Positions 1-9,900 of a stretch of DNA of 64,000 nucleotides are shown here, in pieces (the first letter of the stretch is position 1; every line of letters begins with the position of its first letter). The notes beneath the pieces are model-generated. The model was not told the origin of the DNA and did no database searches. It saw only the letters and a list, made by a program, of their open reading frames with translations. A program made the translations under genes and the position numbers. The stretch covers positions 39,122,001 through 39,186,000 of the forward strand of contig CM114271.1 in the NCBI GenBank assembly GCA_050084515.1, in the 5' to 3' direction. The stretch is from Blasia pusilla. Lineage: Eukaryota.

Positions 1-1445
1 CAGGCACGGAGGGCGATGGGAGAAGCGAGTGCGATGACTCCTATTGTTGATGCTCAGGAGGGACATGTGTCGAGCACATTGTTGGGGGCGGCCACCGTTG
101 TGTACCGCACTCCTTTATTTTCTTCTTCCGATGTTATGACATTGGGGGTACGCCCGCCGAGGCTTTTCGGCTGGCCGCGTCGCTATGTGAGCGCAGAGTC
201 GGAGTTCCTGCATCACGTTCAGAGGTGATTGCAGAGGAGGTGATGGACCTGCCCTTGGAGCGGATGCTCGGATCGTCCACGTCAGATTCATGGCAGGCTA
301 CGGCTGCTAGAATGGCGGAGATGCCTGCTAGACCCGCGATAGAGCGTGCCATGGCTTCTCCTGGTATTGTGTTGCTGGATATCTGAGGAGAGGTCTTGGT
401 GAGTCTTGGAGGTAGAGCTTTTAGTCGGCAGCGTGTCTTGTTGGATTCAGGACCGCAACCCCTGATGTTGGGGAAAGCATCATTCAGAGGATTGGGCTTG
501 ACGAGAGCCGATGTGGAGCGTTTTCCATTCCGGATACAGACATCCTTGGGTGGAGCGAGTACCACACAGTATATCACCCGACATGAGGTCGTGGTGAGGA
601 TTCGCTCGGGACATCCTACTGATGAGTCTGTGGTGCGCGCCAAGGCGATAGTGATTGATGTAGAGTCCTACGACGTCTTGGTTGGTGGAGCAGTGTTATA
701 CCCAATGGGGTTTTCCCTAGATTACTGGGAGAAGTCAACGTCCTACAGACCAGGATGGCAGTCAGGTGATGGGCGCCTTAGCTCATTACCCGTTCGATTC
801 ACAAGTGCAGTGATCGAGCAACGGCCAGGAGAGATGGCCACCTTAGCAGCATTTAGCAGTGCCATCACTTGGCCTAGTGATTTGATTGAGGGACATGTCC
901 ATGCAGAGGATACTCCCGTTCCTGACATTTCTATGGAAAGGAGTGTTATGGTAGGTGCATCATTCTATGGAGGAGAGGTGCTGATGTGGGGCTCGATTGA
1001 GGAGCTTCGACGATTGGCAGATGAGCACGTGCAGACCGCGTGGAGCGAGGCGTTTGCACCAAAACGTGACGGGTCTGAGGAACCGGAGGTAGCAGGGAGT
1101 GCAACGATGACACCCTTGGATACCACACCCATTGTGTGGTGTACCCCGGAGGAGGGTATTCAAGTGTTAGATCTCTTTGGAGGGATTAGCATCGGGTTAG
1201 CCGTTGTTTTGCACGTAGGAGTGCGAGTACAACAGTACCTGTATGTGGAGAGTGATGATGTTGCAAGGCGCGTCTCACTACGACATGTGGCGCAGTTACG
1301 CCTACGTTTTCCCGACTTTTTGTCTGCGTCCGCAGTATAGGGGTACCACAGTTCCCTACCGAGGGATATTTCGTTGTTGGGGGCGCAGGACTTAGAGCGG
1401 GTAGGGACCATTGATTTGGTCATTTCCGGTTGGCCATGTCAGGGC
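1..1445 (+). mobile_element. Decayed Ty3/gypsy-like LTR retrotransposon, copy A: gag-PR linker, aspartic protease and N-terminal half of a C5 cytosine DNA methyltransferase
   Basis: ORF 396-1340 carries the retroviral-type protease motif RVLLDSG...YDVLVG, then DNMT motif I (VLDLFGGI, ~1164-1187) and motif II (YLYVE). Reading through one TAG at 1338-1340 in the same frame gives LPRDIS...IDLVISGWPCQG (catalytic motif IV, PCQ at 1434-1442). Homology stops abruptly at ~1445. No LTR or RT is visible for this copy. Confidence 0.85.
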
Positions 1446-1596
1446 CGATTGAGTGATGGACGAGGATTTTGGTACTTTCTTTCCCTGAAAGTACCAAAAT
1501 AAACAATGTAAGAAGTACTAACAACACCTCCTCAAGAAATCAGATGATCAAAGTCACTTGATAGCCTTGGCCTAGGAAGTATAAATGAGTAGTGTC

Positions 1597-2112
1597 TCAG
1601 TCATCAGAGGACTCTTCAGATATCATATCTGAATATGAATTGATGGTCATGTCTTCTATAAGAGCAGATTGAGATGTTTTTGAAGCCACAACACTTTCTG
1701 CAATTGTAAGAGTAGTAGCACCCTCTAAAGATACTTCCACATTTTCTATATCTATACTTGAGTGAGGTCTAAATCCACATAAATCAAGTTGATCATAAGA
1801 ATCTTGGTCAAGACCACCACAAACCACTCTTCTACCTCGAGCTTGCTTTTCGAGCACTATTTTCCATCCTGGTTTTTCTTCCACATCTGCAAAGAAGACT
1901 TGCTCTACTTGACTAGGAAATACAAATGGCTCTTGTCCAAGAGGTAAGCACCTACAAAAATTTGCCAATAAAAACCCATGCTCATCAAGTACCATGCTTG
2001 GGTCACTACCATTCCATTGTGATTGGACCCACTTCCCCCTCATGAGGATCACTGGTTGGTCTCTAATACCATAGTCCAAAACCAAAATATTACTTAATAT
2101 CCCAACATAAGC

Positions 2113-2115
<3 letters not shown>
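1597..2115 (-). pseudogene. CACTA/En-Spm transposase C-terminal fragment (DUF4216-like)
   Basis: YVGILSNILVLDYG...KWV...DEHGFLLANF...EPFVFPSQVEQVFFAD...GWKIVL is the typical CACTA TnpD C-terminal signature. The N-terminal part is replaced by a (GA)n tract. Confidence 0.8.

Positions 2116-2174
<59 letters not shown>
2116..2174. repeat. (CT)n/(GA)n microsatellite
   Basis: Direct read; one single-base interruption. Confidence 0.98.
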
Positions 2175-3119
2175 GTGCCATTGATTCCATGGCAAAAAAG
2201 AGAAGCATACGCTTTACGTTACACGAGAGAAATGCGTTCACGTCTCACAAATGACCCGCAAATGCTATGGAGAAATTGAAGTAGTAAGGACGTGGGATGA
2301 TTTCAGATGCATTGACGGATCCCATCCTTGAAAATGAGGACCACCATGGTGAAGGTCTAGAGTAGTCTACTTCAACGTGGAAACAGGAAGCCACTGGAAC
2401 GTTGTTCTTCCTTGCCTTAACTTTTCGAATGATCCACCTCCATGCTCCATTTATCCTTCTGGCCGTGCTCCCGCCCACTCAATTCAACGACTCTGAACAC
2501 CTCCATGTCCCACTATCCTTCTGGCTGTGCTTGCGCCCACTCAATTCAGCTACTCTGAGCTTCGGAATCCTAGTTACCATAGCAGCCGCAACAAGATTCA
2601 GGTCAGCAATCCATCCTGAGATCCATCCCAGATTTCCGTTTTGGTTCCAAGGTACCAATCCATCTCACTCCCAAGTTTTCAACAAAGAAGCATTGAGTTT
2701 CAAGCAGACGATCAATCTCAGGTCTCAATGCAACAGATCCGCATGGAGTTTCAATTCAACTCAATTGGAATCCACTGTTGCTGCGTTGCCCACTCCACCT
2801 CAGCCTTGAAGCAATCTCGTCGGATAAAAGAGCATCTAAAGCTTGTGTTGATGCCGATACGCTGAGGACGATGTGTCTCAAGATTCTTCAACAACCTCAC
2901 TTCTAAAAAATGAATGAGGCTAGCGGAATTGAGAGCAAGAATACATGAGAGTAAACAATGGAGAGTGCATGAGAGTAGGGTTTTGCACGTAGGCTTTGTT
3001 GGGGGTCACGATGAGCCTCTTCTTTAAACTTGCACATATTTGACTCCCGCGTATCTCTACAGGGGTACCGGCCACTTGGATCTTCTCTTCTTTCTAGTTA
3101 TATCTTTTCGTTTCGGATT

Positions 3120-3508
3120 ATGACTACGCCTAGTACTTTTATTTCCACCTAATTTATATACTTATTAGTTAAATATTAACCGATTTATCATTATTCTTAG
3201 GTTTTACACGTCATGTACTTCGTTAGTCTATTAGTTATAAAAATTAACTACATTTAGTTAAGAGGACTAGATTTAGTTAACTTCATTTCCTCATAAAATG
3301 TAATATAAAATCATGTAATTTATATAATAATTTTTTATTGCTACTAACAAATTTTAAATTACACGTCATACTTAGTGACTATGTTTAGTGACATACTAAG
3401 ACTATTTGATTACATGTTAGTAATCTTAGGATTTCTAGTTGTAAAACTAGTGCCATAGGACCTAGTTATAAATACTCTAGTTCTAAAATCACCTATTTCC
3501 TTCTAGTG
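3120..3508 (-). mobile_element. CACTA terminal inverted repeat and AT-rich subterminal region (end of the element carrying the 1597-2115 fragment)
   Basis: ...cctatttccttctagtg ends at 3508 and reads CACTAGAAGGAAATAGG on the minus strand. It is preceded by repeated actag/ctagt motifs. Confidence 0.7.
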
Positions 3509-4039
3509 AACTTCAAGTTGTGAGCTTGGATTCTATGGGGATCATTGATGTCCCATCTAATTTGTGAGGTAGATGGGATCCCCATGTTTGCACCCTAAAC
3601 CCAAAAAAAACAAAACAAAACAAAATAGGGCTTAAAATTCCTCCAAAACATCCAAAGTTAAAACTTTAAATGGTTTGTTCTTCAATGTTCTTATTATAGC
3701 CCATTTACAATTGGCATGCCTACCCATAGATGCCCAATATTTACTCAAATACTAACCTTGTGGCTATGAATGTTTGGTTCTACCTCCTTATACCAGGCGA
3801 AGGTAGAACTTGATCACAAATAAATGAAAGTTTTCACTGTCAACAAGTAAATGAAAGTTTTCACTCACCTTGTTAAGGTCGCTCACTGAATTCTTCACTC
3901 ATTTTTGTGCACCATCATTTTCAATTGTTGAATATGATGGAGTTGGCCGCATGCCATCTTCCTCCACAATATTGAACACACAAACAGTTGATATAGTCTC
4001 TCCAAATGCAACCACACAAAAGAAAATCAGGGAGACAAA

Positions 4040-5150
4040 GGTCTCTCTCTCAGTCTCATATACCATCCAACCAAGGTGCAAGGTCTATGGGTACAAGGCT
4101 ACGATGGACACTACTTAATGAGTGCAGTCTCTCTTGACTGGATATCTTGAACAAGCACAATTGAAGAACTTTTTTTGGGGTACTAGTTGATTGGGAACCA
4201 TGCTTAAGTTTGAGTTCATAATGAGTGTTGTCTCCATGAACCACAAGAAAAGCAAGACTAGAACATAACTAAACTCTTGCACCTTGTGTAATGGATGGGA
4301 ATAAAAACTTCTTGCCACTACTTGATCTTGTGCATAAAATTCATGAAATTCATAAAACCCAAGGATAGAGCATATGCCTAACATTGCTAAGTGGCTAACA
4401 CCATAACTTTTCAAGACGTTCTACAACCAAGATTCATTGCCCAAAGTTGTTGAAAAGGTAAGTAGTGTGTATTGGGTATCCCAATGTGGTAAAGTATGGA
4501 GTGTTGTAAAGAGCTTCCTTGTTGAGTCTTGGATCGAAGAGCCATAGGATACATCCATCAACAAAAGACTAGCTAGCCCACTGCTCTTCTTCTTTGGGCA
4601 CTCATCCCAATCTCTAGCATTGTCCAAACAAAGCATGGGGTGTATGGTCGTAACGCTATGCTAGACACTACTTAGTGAAATAATTTGTTTGTCACTTTGA
4701 ACCTTTGCCACTTCTTCCCCTTTGTGCACCCATGCCAATCTCTATCATTGTCAAATGAGGCTATTGGTTGTCTGGTTGCAAGGCTATGATTACAGACATC
4801 AATTAATGAGAACTGGCTCTCTTGTGTGATGATGGGGATGAAACCTATAGACACTACCCTGTGTAAATTTCACAATGTTGAGCAACACCTTATGATGAAA
4901 TGTTGAGGCTAGTAACACCTAAAAGATCATCACATTTAGCAGCCTAGATTCATTTCTTAAAGCTACTTGAATGATAAGTAACATGTATTGGGGATCACAT
5001 TCAAGTTAGGTATATATTCTTGTACAGAGCTTCTTGAACTCCATTTGTGTACGTAGCCTCCAGAACACTATCACAAGTTACCTTCTCCACTTCTGCCACT
5101 CTCTACACCCAGCCCCCCCTCTCTAGCACTATCTAACCAAGGTACAAGTT
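4040..5150 (+). mobile_element. Tandem decayed 3' ends of a non-LTR retrotransposon (LINE ORF2 C-terminal CCHC region plus 3' UTR)
   Basis: Plus-frame remnants KFEF...NHKKS...SCTLCNG, LLCDDGDETYRHY and DSLPKVV...YW.SQ.GKV...VKSFLVESW. A shared 3' motif (caagg..caaggtctatgg...acactactta) recurs at ~4070, ~4630 and partly ~5135. Homologous to 14100-14680. Confidence 0.6.
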
Positions 5151-5792
5151 CTAAGAAGAGAGCAAGATTGTACTCATTTTAATCAATATTGCAGAACCTT
5201 TTTCATCGGTAGATATTTTTCTCATTGTACTTGTTTGTCTATGAATAAAACTTTCTTACCCAACCTATCTCAAGCGACAATCTGGACTTACGAAGCAGAA
5301 TTGAGATAGAGAGACCGGGAAAAAAATCCTAAGGGCAGAATAGTTGGAACTTTCAGCAGTCATGAAATATATCACATTACAATAATGTCAAGAGTTAGGC
5401 AAAGAAAGCAGGTTGCACATGGTTGAGACTTGTGTAATTTCTCATTCCTACAATACTACTGAATTTTGATTCACCACTTTGGAAGAGAGTCAATCAAAAT
5501 GCACAGGCAAACACTTCTCATTGCTTAACGAGGCACTCTAACTTGGCCAATTTTTGGCTATGTTTTGTCGACACACCTGAATCGCCCTTGTCTCAACTCT
5601 ACGTCTTAGACCATGAAGTATCCTTATACTAGATGCTACTTAATAATCTGAGTTCCTCTGCCAAAAGTGGTGTATTCAAGATCCGTATCCAAGAAAGACT
5701 CGCGTGATTTGGACATTCAAAGCCAAAAGGTTGGTCGTCATTGAGTTTGAATCGATCAAAAGAATTTGGCCTTCAAACACGGGTAATTGATG

Positions 5793-6004
<212 letters not shown>

Positions 6005-6439
6005 CTTGAAATCTTGACAACCACACATCTACATGTGTAATTTGAACTTGTTCACATAAACTTGGAACATGCTAAGGTTCTCGCATGTAAATATAATTCC
6101 ATACTTTCTCGCCATGCACTTGTGCCTTAGGACTTTCTCTATTTCTTGCTTGCATCTCTTGCATTCGTGATTCTCGTACTAGTTCCCCCGCTTTTCCTTG
6201 TCTTAGTCCTCCTGTGCTCTTGATGCCAAAACCCTAAAGAGAGAACGTTTGAATAATCAAAGTAGATTTTTTTTTATTACAGTTCAGTAATCTGAGATAG
6301 CTCGGTGATATGGCTTGCATTTGCGATCCTCTAGGTGCGACTTTGAATCCTAGAACCTTCATCTTTTTTGATAAATCATGTATAGTTATGTTGTTCATAA
6401 TTTGGCATGAATGCACTACCTTTGATGGGCATGAAAGGT

Positions 6440-6955
6440 TTTTTTAATATGGAGTCATAAATAATATGACTAGAAGGTAGGTTGAATATGACTACCTAAT
6501 TGCTTTGTTGGCACGTCTTATGCCAAGTCATTAGTGGCCTTTCAAAAAATGACTCCACTAGTTATGAGTCCGTGAATAATAAGACTACAAGGTAAGTTAG
6601 ATATGACTACCTAATTGCGACGTAGGCATGTCTCATGCCAAATCATCACTGGCCTTTCAAAAAATGACTTCACCAGTTGTGAGTCATGAATAGTATGACT
6701 ATGAGGTACGTTAAATATGACTAACTATATTTTTTAGATTATATTGCAATCATATTAATAATATTATAATTTATTTTTTTAATAAAAAATTATTTTTTAG
6801 GACTAAGATGGTCATCTAGTCATCTATGCATGACTCTTAGTAGGTATTATATGACTCTATATAGACTAAAAATTGCATATTTCCATTTGAGTCGTATAAT
6901 AAGTCAACACTTAGTCATTATATTGCTAGTCAAAAAACCAGCTTGTCTTCTACTG
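6440..6955 (-). mobile_element. CACTA subterminal repeats with degenerate TIR
   Basis: About 120-bp tandem units with ATGACT/AGTCAT motifs. Ends in cttctactg (CAGTAGAAG on the minus strand), one mismatch from the CACTAGAAG ends at 3508 and 8905. Confidence 0.6.
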
Positions 6956-7723
6956 AATTCCAAGTATTCCTATTAATGACAAAGGGAATTCAGTCATTGC
7001 ATTATCTCAAGGTAAGTCGGCATATGAACTTCTTTGTTGTTCTCCAAGATTTGAGCTTATATTCTATTAGTGCCATGGTAAGTACATCAACATTTTAATT
7101 CACTAAGTCTATATAATTTGCATAGATGCCCACAGGTAAGGAGAGGGGACTCAATAAAACTCCTGTTGTGTTAGAGCATACAAAGGGGTTTTCTGTTTTG
7201 TATTCCTCTTGTAAGTAATCAGTTGGAAAATTAAGTATTTCTTGTCTCTAAGAATTTTTTACAAGTGTATGAGTTATCTTGCTTTGTATATTTGGTTGTG
7301 ATATTGATCTCTTGGAATGTATCCCCTACATAGCTCAAGCTGTAGTGGACGTAGAGACCTCGCCAAAGATCAAGAAGAAGGGGAAGACGACTACTGAGGT
7401 GGCTGGATGTGTGGGTAGTGCTTCAAAGGGTGAACTAAAATCATTCAACACCAAGTAACAGAGAGTAAAGGCCTCTCACTTCTACATGGCTTGTTTCATC
7501 TTTTTTTTGGCAATATCTAACTCGCTGGTTTTATAGTTAGGAGAGTATTATAATGCAAGGATGCTATCTTATTTCTGATACCTAACCAGGTGGGAATGGT
7601 CAAATTTTCGCGGAATTTGCCAATAGGTGGATGGACCTTCACAAAGGTAATTAGTGAGTGTTTCAAATTCTACATTCCTTGTGAAAGAATATTCATATCT
7701 ATCTAAATCTTTTATATAAATAG

Positions 7724-8010
7724 GAATATTGCAACTACATTGGGGAGATGAAGTTCACCTTACACAACCAAAGCTTAGTCGGAATATCTTGGGATGAGGA
7801 TTAGTTTCAAGTCTGAGTGGTCGAGGCAAGTTCCACGGGAAAGAGATTTCTCTTGGCATGGATAGAGTCAAACTTAGGGATACTACCCACCACCAATACC
7901 AATTATGGGAGCCTAATACAAATGATGACCCTCCCCAATACACACTTGGAGATGCAATTGGATTTGCCATCATTTGGCCAAAGCTGAACTTAAAGAAAGT
8001 AGTTCATTAG
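7724..8010 (+). pseudogene. CACTA TnpA/Tnp1-like C-terminal exon, decayed
   Basis: After an AG acceptor: ...G*GLVSSLSGRGKFHGKEISLGMDRVKL...LWEPNTNDDPPQYTLGDAIGFAIIWPKLNL*, resembling the Tnp1/En/Spm-like domain (FHG...LGDA.G..I.WP). One internal stop. Confidence 0.6.
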
Positions 8011-8508
8011 TGCATGTTTTACATTTGATGACTTTTGTCTTTTTATTCTTTTCCATATTTTCCAAAATTCAGATCAAGGAATGTTCTAAAAATCCTCTTT
8101 GATGAGGAGGTAGTTGTTATGAATTATTTCCTTTTTGTCTCTATAAAGACATTTGTATGGTTTGAATTGTTATTAGAGTAGCCATATCCCAGATTTGGGC
8201 TTGAGTAGAAGTTACAAGTTTGAGAAGATATGATAATCTGATGCCTTGTAGTCCAAAGTGCTTAGTGTGAAAAGTTCTGAATGATTTTATATCCTTATTT
8301 GTTACCTCCTATAGGCCAACTATGCCAAGATTTGGATGGGGAGTATGAATTGACCAATGTCCTTTTAAAGGAAAAAATGTTAATAATTACAAGTGTTATA
8401 ACCACACATATGACTACCCAACAAGAGACATACAAATATATGACTGAAACAATCATATTAAATGACTCTAATATATGCCCATGACTACCAGAATCATAAA
8501 AATGACTA

Positions 8509-8904
8509 TGGGATGAGCAAGCACATACATTGTAACAATGGTGGAACCCAAAGCCGATGAGCGAGAACGAGCTATGGGATTCTCTACAGGTATGACGGAG
8601 GTGCCTTATGATGGTAGAGACATCCCACAGACACATATTGGATGAGGCTATGGACCTGAACTATCTTACTTGGGTGTTCAGTCTTGGTTTAGCTAAGTAG
8701 AGACGAATGCGAGAGGCGTGTGTGACATTAGTACATTACGTCCATCTTGCAGCGCAGCGTCTATCGGGACAGGTGAGACACTGGCTAGGGGTGCAATGGT
8801 AATGGGGAGGCATCCATGGACTCCATGGGATATGTCATGAGAGCACAGAGAGATGGGAGTTCACTTCGCTGATGCAGGACATAGTGGAGTGCCTAGAGAG
8901 TTGG
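8509..8904 (+). mobile_element. C-terminal part of the retrotransposon DNA methyltransferase (motifs IX-X); inverted piece of copy B
   Basis: WDEQAHT/MVEPKADERERAMGFSTGMT...RHILDEAMDLNYLTWV matches C5-MTase motif IX (E.ER.MGFP..yT) and motif X (lG.am), with frameshifts. Confidence 0.75.
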
Positions 8905-9900
8905 CACTAGAAGAAATCATGTAATATATGACTAGACTCAGTAAATGGTGGTAAATGATTGAGTGTGGCTCATTACCATTATAGTCATATCAACCAATAT
9001 ATATGACTAATGAGTCGGCATATATTGACACGCTGGCATCTTACGTGGCAATATGACTTCCACCTAGTTCGACACGTGTAATGACTAAGTCATAAAATCC
9101 TACACCATGATGACTAGGATGCAGTTGAACAAATGTTTGACTTACACGTGTCTCCATCCAAAATTGACATGTGGATTAAATGCAAGGTTACATATGGACA
9201 AAGTCCATGTCCGTGGACATATCCATGTCCATGTCCGTCCTATGGAAGGACTTGTCTATATGGGTCACACCTTTCCCTTCTTTCTCCTTCCCCTTACTTG
9301 CCTTCGTGTTCCATATTCCCCCGTTTCTTCCTCCCTCCACCTCCACTCCCTCCTCCCTCATTGCTCCGCTCATCCTTGCCTTGCCTTCCATCATGGGCTA
9401 TAAGTGTGGGTCCCTCCTCTTGGAACCCATGTCCGTCTTAAGGAAGGACTTGTCCATTTTTGTACAACCATGATTAAATGACTCAATCGTATATTCCATG
9501 TCAGATGATGACTAGGATTTTCATAGACAAACCATAAATTGCCATGTGGTATCTAATAATTACGTGACACGTGAAGGAAATGATCGAGTCGTATGTGCAG
9601 ACGAGGATTTTATTAAAACATGTATTTCTTTGACACGTGTCCCTTATTGAATATACCAGTAACTTGTAAAGTAATACGTATAACTCTGTCACTCATATGC
9701 ATGACTATGGTAGTTATATGTGGAACTCTGCCAGTCATACGCATTACTATGGTAGTCATATGTATGACTCTATCAGTCATATGCATGACCTCGAGAAGTC
9801 GCATCTATAACTCTACAAGTCATATGCATGAATGTGGAAGTCGCATGTATAACTCTGTGAGTCATATGCATACCTCGGCCAATCATACCAATAACTTTGT
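8905..9900 (+). mobile_element. CACTA end: TIR plus subterminal ATGACT-N5-AGTCAT repeats, inside the inverted segment
   Basis: CACTAGAAGAAATCATG at 8905, many ATGACT/AGTCAT motifs, and ~42-bp tandem units at 9660-9890. Interrupted by a MITE. Confidence 0.75.
9183..9472. mobile_element. hAT-type MITE with perfect 8-bp TSD
   Basis: TIRs caaggttacatatggacaaagtcc / ggacttgtccatttttgtacaaccatg; TSD attaaatg at 9175-9182 and 9473-9480. Confidence 0.9.

Noticed and set aside
134-643. 169-aa minus-strand ORF
   Set aside because: It is antisense to the retroelement polyprotein.
6414-6418. CACTA pentamer as left end for the 6955 TIR
   Set aside because: The following bases do not match the CACTAGAAG TIR and there is no 3-bp TSD.
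9660-9890. Regularly spaced short repeats resembling a CRISPR array
   Set aside because: They are degenerate CACTA subterminal ATGACT/AGTCAT repeats; there are no unique spacers or cas genes, and the context is eukaryotic.
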